From Candidatus Bathyarchaeum tardum (GTDB taxonomy: Archaea; Thermoproteota; Bathyarchaeia; Bathyarchaeales; Bathyarchaeaceae), in the NCBI GenBank assembly GCA_024650005.2, contig CP122380.1:864001-928000 (forward strand): DNA of 64,000 bases, given 5' to 3'. The translations under genes and the position numbers were made by a program. Of this stretch, positions 44,626-53,683 are shown piece by piece. Numbering within the stretch: position 1 is the first letter of the stretch; each line of letters starts with the position of its first letter. The notes beneath the pieces were generated by a model. The model saw only the letters and a program-made list of their open reading frames with translations, did not search any database and was not told the origin of the DNA.

Positions 44626-46080
44626 TTATTGTCCTTTTACACCTTTGGCGATGCGGTCTCCAATTTCCTTATCGATATTACGCCAGTATTCAAGGGCACG
44701 CTGCAGTACGGGTTCCGATACGCCGTTTTTTAAATGACCTACTACATTGGACACTAACAGATCACGTTTTTCATCGTCCATAACTTTACGTACCAAGGTG
44801 CCTGGCTGGATGAAATCATCATCGTCCTTACGTTTGGTGTACGCTGCACGGACAAATTCACCGCTGGCACTCCATATAGTTTCTTCTGGATAACGATCAG
44901 AGTCAGCCTTGGGACCTCCCTTTGAGTTGGGAGCATAAACAGGATCGGATACCTTGTTAATCCGCATAGTCCCGCCTTTGCTATAGCTGTACACTGGTAC
45001 TTTAGGTCGGTTGACTGGAATTTGCTTGTAATTAACCCCTAGGCGAGCTCGGTGGGCATCAGCGTAGGAAATTAGACGAGCCAAGAGCATTTTGTCAGGG
45101 CTCGGACCGATTCCAGGGACGAAGTTGTTAGGCTCGAAAGCAGCCTGTTCAATTTCAGAGTGAAAATCGCTAGGATTTCGGTTCAGGGTCAGCTTGCCCA
45201 CTTCATGCACCGGGTAGTCTCCATGGGGCCACACCTTAGTCAGGTCGAAGGGGTTAAATCGGTAAGTTTCCGACTCTTTGAAGGGCATGATCTGAACTTT
45301 TAGTGTCCAACTAGGATAATCCCCTCGTTTGATCGCTTCAAACAGATCACGGCGGTGGTAGTCAGCATCAACACCAGCAATCCGGTCGGCTTCTTCTTGG
45401 GTCAGGTTGTCGATTCCCTGGTTTGTCTTGAAATGATACTTCACCCAATAGCGTTCGCCTTTTGTGTTGACCCACATATAGGTGTGGCTCGAATAGCCGT
45501 TCATGTACCGATAGCCTCTGGGGACTCCACGATCGCTCATCAAGATGGTGACCTGATGGGCTGACTCGGGCGAAAGCGTCCAGAAGTCCCATTGCATGTC
45601 GTTATCCCGCAGACCGTTGTCCGCACGGCGCTTCTGGGAGTGGATGAAATGCTGAAATTTCATAGGATCCCGCACGAAAAAAACAGGGGTATTGTTTCCC
45701 ACCATGTCATAATTGCCCTCTGTGGTGTAAAACTTCAGCGCAAAGCCGCGCACATCACGCCAGGTATCTGGACTGCCACTCTCACCTGCCACAGTAGAGA
45801 ACCGCGCCAGAACCTCGGTTTTGGTACCCGGTTGGAACACAGCCGCCTTTGTATAAGCACTGACGTCCTTGGTAACCTCAAAGTATCCAAAGGCCCCGGA
45901 ACCCTTTGCGTGTGGTTGGCGATCTGGAATCATTTCCCTGTTAAAATTTGCCATTTGTTCCATAAGGTAATGATCATGTAGCAGAATTGGTCCATCAGGT
46001 CCCACAGTAAGCGAAAACTCTTGGCTGGCAACTGGGATGCCAGCATCTGTTGTTGTGGATTTTCCTTCTTCTTTTTTCAT
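44626..46080 (-). CDS. katA: Monofunctional small-subunit heme catalase
   Basis: [18 protein letters not shown] (distal His), [22 protein letters not shown] (proximal Tyr). Confidence 0.96.
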   Translation of the reverse strand: MKKEEGKSTTTDAGIPVASQEFSLTVGPDGPILLHDHYLMEQMANFNREMIPDRQPHAKGSGAFGYFEVTKDVSAYTKAAVFQPGTKTEVLARFSTVAGESGSPDTWRDVRGFALKFYTTEGNYDMVGNNTPVFFVRDPMKFQHFIHSQKRRADNGLRDNDMQWDFWTLSPESAHQVTILMSDRGVPRGYRYMNGYSSHTYMWVNTKGERYWVKYHFKTNQGIDNLTQEEADRIAGVDADYHRRDLFEAIKRGDYPSWTLKVQIMPFKESETYRFNPFDLTKVWPHGDYPVHEVGKLTLNRNPSDFHSEIEQAAFEPNNFVPGIGPSPDKMLLARLISYADAHRARLGVNYKQIPVNRPKVPVYSYSKGGTMRINKVSDPVYAPNSKGGPKADSDRYPEETIWSASGEFVRAAYTKRKDDDDFIQPGTLVRKVMDDEKRDLLVSNVVGHLKNGVSEPVLQRALEYWRNIDKEIGDRIAKGVKGQ

Positions 46081-46223
46081 AATAACAAAACCTTATACAT
46101 ACTCATTATGTGTGGTTGTTGATTATTAATTTTTTTATATTTGTCTTTCAACATGCCTTTTTACAGGAAAAATGGAATGTTGATTCGGATGCCTGAACAA
46201 ATTTCACAATGATAAAATGAGTA

Positions 46224-46242
46224 ATGAGATTTATAATCTCAT
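46224..46242. promoter_or_regulatory. Palindrome upstream of catalase (Fur/PerR-box-like)
   Basis: ATGAGATT-TAT-AATCTCAT, about 145 bp before the katA start. Confidence 0.4.
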
Positions 46243-46700
46243 CTCTGTTGCTTTCCTGCTTTGCTTGTGGTTTTGCATCCAGTACGGCCACTGTTCAGGC
46301 GTTGTCTTTTGCATGAACCATTTCCGTTTGGGTTTACTATTTGTTATTTGATATCTCCTCACTCTGATTGTGAACCATTTCTTTTTGTTTATACCTCTTG
46401 CAGTTTATATTACTGAATTTCCAATTTCTAAGCGAATGATCCGGGTCTTTGATTCATCGTTTGGCGGGGTCGGCTGTTATCTCCTCAGTTAAAGGAGATA
46501 CAGTTATCGTTAGTAACAAAATTTGGAAAATAGGAACTGGATATCATGGATGTTTTTGTATGGAGAGCATTCTGGAAGTTTCAAAGAAAATCTAAAATGA
46601 ACTGAGATTTAAAATGGAAAAATGACAAAATTAATTCACTCTATGCTGAAAGGCTACCAACTATATCTGCAGAACTTGATGAAACAAAATATAAAGAAAA

Positions 46701-46913
46701 ATGTCAATTTTTTTAATTGCACATAAATTTATTAAAATTAAAGTTTACATTATGTGCTTGGAGGCAACCAGAGTGCAACCACAGCACATACCAACTTTAG
46801 AAAATGAAGATGCTAAGAAGTTCATAAAGCAAGACAAAAAACCTTTGAGTAAAGCGCAGATTGAACATCTAAAACATTGTTTAGAAATTTACAATAAAAA
46901 TCCTATAAAGTAG
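46701..46913 (+). CDS. Small hypothetical protein, antitoxin-like (start probably 46752 or later)
   Basis: 'IPTLENEDAKKFIKQ..KPLS' short helical protein. Confidence 0.5.
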   Translation: MSIFLIAHKFIKIKVYIMCLEATRVQPQHIPTLENEDAKKFIKQDKKPLSKAQIEHLKHCLEIYNKNPIK

Positions 46914-47139
46914 TTTTTTATACTTTATTTCTCGTCTTTGGACGAAAGTTTGGATGTAAAAACGAATGCAATAAATAAAATACTGCCAGCTTTTCCTAAA
47001 GTTTAAATCCAAAAACTGATAACATTTTTGAAAAATTTTTCGGCAATCGGTTGTCTATTTTTGAACAGTAGATTTCAGACAAAAGACTTATTTTATTACA
47101 CATATTTAGCAAATTGCTTTGACAAATTGAATATACATC

Positions 47140-48075
47140 TTGTTTAATGTTTGTGATGCCATGTTACGAGAAGTTTCAGCATTTTCCCCTGCCCATATCA
47201 GCGGGTTTTTTCAAATTTTTAATGAATCCCTAGACCCTTTGTTTAATGGTTCTAGAGGTGCTGGTGTTTCTCTCAAACTTGGGGTCACAACAAAAGTAAC
47301 GGTGCAAAAATCTGCAAAAGATTTTTTGGAAATTAAAATTAATGGAAAGGTTACAAAATCTGCTGAAGTTTCAAAGATAGTAGTAGATTCTTTTAATTGT
47401 TTACTAAAAGAAAATTACAAAATTTTGGTAGATCACGAAATTAATGTGCCCATGGGTGCAGGTTATGGCTCCAGTGGAGCAGGAGCTTTAAGTCTAGCCC
47501 TAGCTCTTAACGAAGCTTTACAACTTAGGCTGTCTACTGTTGAAGCTGCCCAAATTGCTCACACCGCAGAAGTTCAATGTAAAACAGGTTTAGGTTCGGT
47601 TATTGCCGAAACCGTTGGAGGATTAGAAATAAGAGAAAAACCTGGTGCCCCTGGTGTGGGAAAAATAACTAAGATTCCAGTTTCTGATCAATATGTCGTA
47701 GCTTGTTTGTTTTTTGGTCCAATTTCAACTAAAACTTCATTATCTAATCCCGAACTTTGCCGGCAAATAAACAATCTTGGTGGAAAACTGGTAGACGAAC
47801 TTATTAAGCGACCTGAACCCAGTGTTTTCATGAATTTTTCCCGTAAATTTGCTGAAGGTGTTGGGTTGATTTCAGAACGGATGCGAAAAGTTTTGGTTGA
47901 AGCCGATGCTATTAATACTGTGTGTAGCATGAACATGTTTGGTGAATGTATTTTTTCTTTGGTCAAAAAAGATTCTGTGGAGGAGCTTCTAAAAATTTTT
48001 TACAAACATAACCCTTCACGAGATCGTGTATTTGTTTCCGAAATTGACCCTGAAGGAGCTAGAGTTCTATGGTAA
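47140..48075 (+). CDS. pok: Pantoate kinase (GHMP kinase; start probably 47161)
   Basis: AFSPAHISGFF, GSRGAG, PMGAGYGSSGAGAL, AHTAEV..KTGLG, PGAPG, NMFGE. Confidence 0.93.
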   Translation: MFNVCDAMLREVSAFSPAHISGFFQIFNESLDPLFNGSRGAGVSLKLGVTTKVTVQKSAKDFLEIKINGKVTKSAEVSKIVVDSFNCLLKENYKILVDHEINVPMGAGYGSSGAGALSLALALNEALQLRLSTVEAAQIAHTAEVQCKTGLGSVIAETVGGLEIREKPGAPGVGKITKIPVSDQYVVACLFFGPISTKTSLSNPELCRQINNLGGKLVDELIKRPEPSVFMNFSRKFAEGVGLISERMRKVLVEADAINTVCSMNMFGECIFSLVKKDSVEELLKIFYKHNPSRDRVFVSEIDPEGARVLW

Positions 48076-48887
48076 AAAAAACTGAAATATCTTCCAACCA
48101 TCCAAGAGCCAAATCGTTGAAGACCCGGCACGATTTAGTTAGCCATGTTGAATCAGGAGTTGTAACCTTGGCAGGTGTCCTAGCCCATGGCAGGGGAGAA
48201 GCTTTCGACTATTTAGTTGGAGAAAAAACAACCAAAACTGCTCACGATGCAATTAAAACAGCAGCTGCAACGATGCTTCTTGCTGAGCATCCAGTGATTT
48301 CTGTTAATGGAAATATTGCAGCCCTAGTGCCTGAAGGAATAATCAAATTAGCGGAAGTTACTGGAGCTAAAATAGAGGTTAATCTGTTTCATCGAACTTT
48401 GCACCGGGAAAAAGCAATTAAACAATTACTAGAAAAGTTTGGAGCCAAAGAAGTACTAGGAGTAGGTGAAGCCTGTTCTGCTGAGATACCTGAAATCTGC
48501 AGTGAACGCCGAAGTGTAGACCCTAACGGCATTTTAGTAGCAGATGTGATTTTGGTTCCTCTTGAAGACGGTGACCGAACAGAAGCTCTGCGAAAAATGG
48601 GCAAAACTGTTATCACCGTTGATTTAAATCCCCTTTCCCGAACTGCTCAGTGGGCTTCAGTTACAATTGTTGACGAAGTTGCTAGAACGTTTCCTTTGCT
48701 TATTGAAGAAGCAAAACTTCTAAAACATGAATCACCTGAGAACCTTAGAAAAATTGTTTCCAGTTTTAACAACAAAAAAAACTTAGCCATTACAATTGAG
48801 CAAATTAACCAACGTTTATCTGGTCTTGCAAAACAGGGTATATACATCCCTGAGGCAAATGAACTCTACAAGGAGCACGAAATGTGA
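48069..48887 (+). CDS. pps: 4-phosphopantoate--beta-alanine ligase (phosphopantothenate synthetase)
   Basis: HPRAKSL, AHGRGEAFDYL.GE, SVNGN, VPLEDGDR, DLNPLSRT. Confidence 0.96.
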   Translation: MVKKTEISSNHPRAKSLKTRHDLVSHVESGVVTLAGVLAHGRGEAFDYLVGEKTTKTAHDAIKTAAATMLLAEHPVISVNGNIAALVPEGIIKLAEVTGAKIEVNLFHRTLHREKAIKQLLEKFGAKEVLGVGEACSAEIPEICSERRSVDPNGILVADVILVPLEDGDRTEALRKMGKTVITVDLNPLSRTAQWASVTIVDEVARTFPLLIEEAKLLKHESPENLRKIVSSFNNKKNLAITIEQINQRLSGLAKQGIYIPEANELYKEHEM

Positions 48888-50077
48888 AACCTAAAACAGT
48901 TGAACGGCAAAACCAGATACCTGAAAAAGGTTTACCCAAAGATGCAGTTCTCCAAAAACTTGAAACTAAACTTCAACGAGATCTCACTTATTCTTGTGGC
49001 AAAATTTTAGGGTCCATGTGCACCCAGCCTTCTAGTTTTGCTAAACATGTTTATTTGCAGTATCTTGAAACAAACCTAGGCGACCCCGGGCTGTTTCCTG
49101 CAACTGCTGAACTGGAAAAAGAAGTAATAGGCATGTTGGGTCGTATGCTTTCAAATGATAATGCTTCTGGTAACATTGTTTCTGGGGGGACTGAAGCAAA
49201 TATTCTTGCAATGTGGGCTGCCAGAAATCTTGCTAACAAGAAACGTAATGAAGTGATTGTTCCAGTTTCTGCCCATTATTCTTTTGACAAGGCTGCTGAC
49301 TTGTTGAACTTGAAGCTGATTAAAGTTAAACTTGACTCAAATTATCAGATGGACATCAATGCAGTTCAGAAAGCAATAACATCTAACACTGTTGCTCTTG
49401 TAGGCGTTGCTGGAACTACTGGTTTAGGTGTAGTTGACCCTATACCTGAGCTTTCAGAAATTGCTCTAGACCAAAACATATACCTTCATGTGGATGCAGC
49501 TTTTGGAGGTTTTGTGTTGCCGTTTCTTAAACAACTGGGTTCCAAATCTACAGAGTTTGATTTTCGGTTGCCTGGAGTCTGTTCAATCACTATAGACCCT
49601 CACAAGATGGGTCTTGCTCCTATTCCTGCTGGTGGCATATTGTTCCGGGATGATTCTTTAAAGAAAGCTGTAACTGTGAATGTTCCTTACTTAGCTGGAG
49701 GCTGCACAGAACAATCCACAGTTATTGGAACCCGGTTAGGTGCTTCATCAATCGCAGTTTGGGCGCTGTTGATGAACCTTGGACAAGACGGTTACTCAAA
49801 AGTGGTTAGATGTTGCCTTAACTTGACAATGGAGCTTGTTAAGGGAATTGAACAGATTGAAGGCGTTGATGTAGTAACTAAGCCTGTAATTAATGTAGTT
49901 GGAATAAAATCAAATATTATGGATATTCGAATCATTGCTCAAGAATTAAGAAAACAGGGTTGGGCAATTTCTTTATTTTCCGATTATCTTAGATTAGTAG
50001 TGATGCCCCATGTGACCTCGTCACACATCGAATGTTTCATTAAAGATTTGAAACAAATAATTGAAAAAGAGAGATAA
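48884..50077 (+). CDS. mfnA: PLP-dependent L-aspartate/L-tyrosine decarboxylase (MfnA/archaeal ADC)
   Basis: ILGSMCT, NLGDPGLF, SGGTEAN, HVDAAFGG, DPHKMG (PLP Lys). Confidence 0.93.
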   Translation: MKPKTVERQNQIPEKGLPKDAVLQKLETKLQRDLTYSCGKILGSMCTQPSSFAKHVYLQYLETNLGDPGLFPATAELEKEVIGMLGRMLSNDNASGNIVSGGTEANILAMWAARNLANKKRNEVIVPVSAHYSFDKAADLLNLKLIKVKLDSNYQMDINAVQKAITSNTVALVGVAGTTGLGVVDPIPELSEIALDQNIYLHVDAAFGGFVLPFLKQLGSKSTEFDFRLPGVCSITIDPHKMGLAPIPAGGILFRDDSLKKAVTVNVPYLAGGCTEQSTVIGTRLGASSIAVWALLMNLGQDGYSKVVRCCLNLTMELVKGIEQIEGVDVVTKPVINVVGIKSNIMDIRIIAQELRKQGWAISLFSDYLRLVVMPHVTSSHIECFIKDLKQIIEKER

Positions 50078-50082
50078 TTCAA

Positions 50083-51384
50083 ATGGCGTTTAAAAAACCA
50101 GTACTCCAAGTTGCATTAGATTTTGTAGACCTATCCCGTGTTTTGAAGCTATTAGATGAAACAATAGCTGGTGGAGTTGACTGGATAGAAATTGGGACAC
50201 CTCTTGTAAAAAGTGAAGGGCTATCTGTTATCCGGACTTTAAAGAAAAAATTTCCAGACTACACTTTTTTGGCTGACATGAAAACTATGGATGCAGGCGC
50301 CTTAGAAGTGGAAATTGCTGCAAAAGCTGGAGCAGACATAATAATCATACTGGGTGTTGCTGACGACAGTACCATTCGTGAAGCAGTTGAAGCAGGAAAA
50401 CGTTATGGCGCAAAAATCATGGTTGACATGATAAACATCGACGACATGATCACTCGTTCAGTGGAACTGGAAAAACTTGGGGCAGATTACGTTTGTGTAC
50501 ATGTAGGAATCGACCAGCAGATGCGGGGAATGGATCCTTTAGATGTGTTGAAAAAAGTTGTTGAAGTTGTACATGTTCCTGTTGCAGTGGCGGGAGGCAT
50601 CAATAGTGAAACTGCAGCTAAATGTGTCAACTTTGGAGCCAGCATAGTAATTGTAGGTGGAGCAATAACTAAAGCCGAAAATGCTGAAGAAGAAACTCGA
50701 AAAATCAAAAAGTCGATGTTAACTGGTAAGCCAATTGCTACGAATCTTTACAAGAAGTATCACGAGAGCGAACTCTATGAAGTTTTCATGAAAGTTTCGA
50801 CACCTAACATATCTGACGCGATGCAGCGAAAAGGCGAGATGCTGGACATCCACCCAGTAGTTAACGGGGTTAAAGCAGTTGGAAAAGCTCTGACTGTTCG
50901 TACTTATCCTGGTGATTGGGCAAAACCTGTAGAAGCAATAGATCTTGCAACTCCTGAAAATGTAATAGTGATTGACGCAGCTGGGGGCGGCAAAGCTGTT
51001 TGGGGAGAGCTAGCGACTTTAAGTTGTTTACAAAAAAAAGTCAACGGAGTAGTAATCGATGGAGCTATCCGTGACGTTGATGAAATTCGTCCTTTAAGTT
51101 TTCCATCATTTGCGAAAACAATAACCCCAACTGCTGGCGACCCGAAAGGATTTGGTGAAATTAACATCGAAATCAAATGTGGCGGCGTTACTGTACGACC
51201 TGATGATTGGGTGATAGCTGACGATAATGGGGTAGTGGTTGTTCCCAAAGAAACTGCTGTGGAAATTGCAAACAGGGCTTTGGATGTGTTTGAGAAAGAA
51301 AAAAGAATAAAGGGCGAAATCAAGCAGGGTAGCACTCTTTCTAAAGTTTTGCAGCTGAAAAAATGGGAGAAAGTCGTTGGGTGA
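50083..51384 (+). CDS. Fusion: 3-hexulose-6-phosphate synthase (N-terminal) + RraA/HMG-aldolase-family domain (C-terminal)
   Basis: LQVALD, EIGTP, ADMKTMDAG, HVGIDQQ, VAGGI, IVGGAIT; then STPNISDAM, AVWGE, DGAIRD, ADDNGVVVVP. Confidence 0.92.
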   Translation: MAFKKPVLQVALDFVDLSRVLKLLDETIAGGVDWIEIGTPLVKSEGLSVIRTLKKKFPDYTFLADMKTMDAGALEVEIAAKAGADIIIILGVADDSTIREAVEAGKRYGAKIMVDMINIDDMITRSVELEKLGADYVCVHVGIDQQMRGMDPLDVLKKVVEVVHVPVAVAGGINSETAAKCVNFGASIVIVGGAITKAENAEEETRKIKKSMLTGKPIATNLYKKYHESELYEVFMKVSTPNISDAMQRKGEMLDIHPVVNGVKAVGKALTVRTYPGDWAKPVEAIDLATPENVIVIDAAGGGKAVWGELATLSCLQKKVNGVVIDGAIRDVDEIRPLSFPSFAKTITPTAGDPKGFGEINIEIKCGGVTVRPDDWVIADDNGVVVVPKETAVEIANRALDVFEKEKRIKGEIKQGSTLSKVLQLKKWEKVVG

Positions 51385-51389
51385 CTTGA

Positions 51390-52313
51390 TTGAAAGTCGC
51401 TGTAATGGGTGCCGGTGCTATCGGCAGTTTATTTGGAGGTTCACTCGCAGAATCTGGAACCGATGTTACTTTAATTGCTCGAGAAGCCCATGTGAACGCA
51501 ATAAAACAGAATGGCTTAATTATTGATGGAGTTTCTGGAAAACGTGTCGTTAATGTTAAAGCTGTAACCTCTGTGATGGAGCTATCAGAAACTTTTGATT
51601 TAATTCTGTTAACAGTAAAAGCTTATGATACCGCTCAAGCAGTTGCAGAAGCAAAACCGCTTCTTCGGCGCAATTCAGTTTTGTTATGCCTTCAAAACGG
51701 ATTGGGTGTAGAAAAAATTGCATCAGACAGTATTGGAAGTACCATGATACTTCGTGGAGTAACATCTAACGGTGCTTTAGTTAAAAAACCTGGTTTGGTT
51801 ATGCATACTGGCAAAGGTCAAACAGTAATCGGTGAACCCTATTGTAAGATTATTCAAAAAACATTGATTGCTGAAACCTTTCAAGAAGCTGGATTGCCCA
51901 CTAGGTCTTCAGGAAACATCGAAGGGGATGTGTGGACAAAAGTTCTGGTAAACGCTGGAATCAACCCCTTTGGTGCTTTAACTGCAATGACAAATGGAGA
52001 ATTAATTGCACGTTCTGACCTCAAAGAACTAATGACTGAAACTGTAGTTGAAGGCAAAAAGGTTGCAGGAAAATTCAATGCCCGTTTGGATGAAGACCCT
52101 GTTTCTTTGATGATTAACATTGCTGAGATGACTGCTCAAAACAAGAATTCTATGTTGCAAGACATTGGAAAAGGAAAACGAACAGAAATTGATTTCATAA
52201 ATGGAGCAATTTCATGTTTAGGAAAAACAAGAAATGTTTCAACTCCTTTAAACACCTTATTAACTGGCTTGATTAAAGGTTTAGAAGTAAAACATCTGAG
52301 GAACCAATGTTGA
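51390..52313 (+). CDS. panE: Ketopantoate reductase
   Basis: GAGAIG, TVKAYD, LQNGLG, WTKVLVNAGINP, SMLQD..GKRTEIDFING. Confidence 0.95.
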   Translation: MKVAVMGAGAIGSLFGGSLAESGTDVTLIAREAHVNAIKQNGLIIDGVSGKRVVNVKAVTSVMELSETFDLILLTVKAYDTAQAVAEAKPLLRRNSVLLCLQNGLGVEKIASDSIGSTMILRGVTSNGALVKKPGLVMHTGKGQTVIGEPYCKIIQKTLIAETFQEAGLPTRSSGNIEGDVWTKVLVNAGINPFGALTAMTNGELIARSDLKELMTETVVEGKKVAGKFNARLDEDPVSLMINIAEMTAQNKNSMLQDIGKGKRTEIDFINGAISCLGKTRNVSTPLNTLLTGLIKGLEVKHLRNQC

Positions 52314-53557
52314 CGGATCATCCCTCTAAAGACATTGTAGGAACAAAAGGAACCGAACTAAAAGGAAAGAATGTTGTTTTGTGTATAAGTGGCAGTGTTG
52401 CTGCCGTTCGTTGTTCTGATATTGCTCGGGAGTTGATGCGGCATGGGGCTGATGTTTTTCCTGTTATGTCCCAGATGTCTCAGAAAATTATTCATCCTTA
52501 TCTCATGGAATGGGCTACAGGAAACCCTGTTGTAACTGAGTTAACCGGAAAAATTGAGCACGTAGCCCTAACCAGTGGAAATTCAACCAAAGCTGATTTG
52601 ATTCTTTTTGCCCCTGCAACTGCGAACACAATTAGTAAAATTGCCTGCGGAATCGATGATACCCCAATAACTTCTGTTGCTACTACCGCTTTTGGTCTAG
52701 AAATACCCATAATGATTGTCTCAGCTATGCATGGCTCCATGTACCAGCACCCTATTCTGTTAGAAAACATCAAGAAACTCAAATCATTGGGTGTTAAATT
52801 CATTGGACCCCGAATTGAAGGAAAAGCTGCAAAAATAGCAGAAACCGAAGAAATCGTAAACTCAGTAATCAACGAATTAACAGTCAAAAAAGACCTAATT
52901 GGAAAGAAAATTTTGGTCACTGCTGGTCCAACCTTGGAGTACATTGACCCCGTTAGAGTCCTAACAAACAAAAGTTCAGGAAAAATGGGGCTTGCTCTTG
53001 TTAATGAAGCCTTGTCACGAGGAGCCCAAGTAACTTTGATTTCAGGTCCAATATCAATCAGTCCTCCTCATGACTCTAAAGTAATCAATGTGGAAACTAC
53101 TTCTCAAATGCATGAGGCTGTTGTTTCTGAACTAACATCAAAAAAATACGACATAGTAATCGCTGCTGCTGCTGCTTCAGATTGGACCCCTGAAAAAACG
53201 TATGATTACAAGGTTCCTACCCGTGAATCTTCAAAGTTTACTTTAAACCTAAAATCAACTTCGAAAATCATTAATGCTGTGAAAAAAGTTAGCCCTGAAA
53301 CTTTTCTTGTTACTTTCAAGGCAGAATACAACATTTCCGATGAAGAGCTAATAAAAACTGCATATGAGCGCCTTGAAGAACCCCAAGCTGACCTGATAGC
53401 TGCAAATGATGTTGGGCGAAAAGGTGCAGGATTTGCTGTTGACACAAATGAACTTTTCATTATAGACAAAGAAAGAAATGTGGTTCGTGTTCCAACAGCC
53501 CAAAAACGTGCCGTTGCTAAGCAGCTCTTGGATGTAATTGTTAAAAAATTAGTTTAG
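52307..53557 (+). CDS. coaBC: Phosphopantothenoylcysteine decarboxylase/synthase
   Basis: SGSVAA, IEHV, APATANT, AMHGSM, TAGPT.EYIDPVR..N.SSGKMG, FKAE, ANDV. Confidence 0.96.
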   Translation: MLTDHPSKDIVGTKGTELKGKNVVLCISGSVAAVRCSDIARELMRHGADVFPVMSQMSQKIIHPYLMEWATGNPVVTELTGKIEHVALTSGNSTKADLILFAPATANTISKIACGIDDTPITSVATTAFGLEIPIMIVSAMHGSMYQHPILLENIKKLKSLGVKFIGPRIEGKAAKIAETEEIVNSVINELTVKKDLIGKKILVTAGPTLEYIDPVRVLTNKSSGKMGLALVNEALSRGAQVTLISGPISISPPHDSKVINVETTSQMHEAVVSELTSKKYDIVIAAAAASDWTPEKTYDYKVPTRESSKFTLNLKSTSKIINAVKKVSPETFLVTFKAEYNISDEELIKTAYERLEEPQADLIAANDVGRKGAGFAVDTNELFIIDKERNVVRVPTAQKRAVAKQLLDVIVKKLV

Positions 53558-53683
53558 GTCCCGTCCAGTTCATAAAAACCTACAATTTTCAGTTGTAACT
53601 TTGCTTTCAATTGAACTGTTTGAAATTTCTGCGACACCCTAGTTTTTTTGTTTATTGAGGATATATAGCCGAAATGGCTAGCC

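Noticed and set aside
48884-50077. mfnA as evidence for methanogenesis
   Set aside because: Its context is CoA synthesis, and no mcr or other mfn genes are in the window.
50770-51384. Annotation as RNase E regulator or MenG methyltransferase
   Set aside because: There is no SAM-binding motif, the MenG label for this family is a known misannotation, and the aldolase R-D motif and operon context favour a metabolic role.
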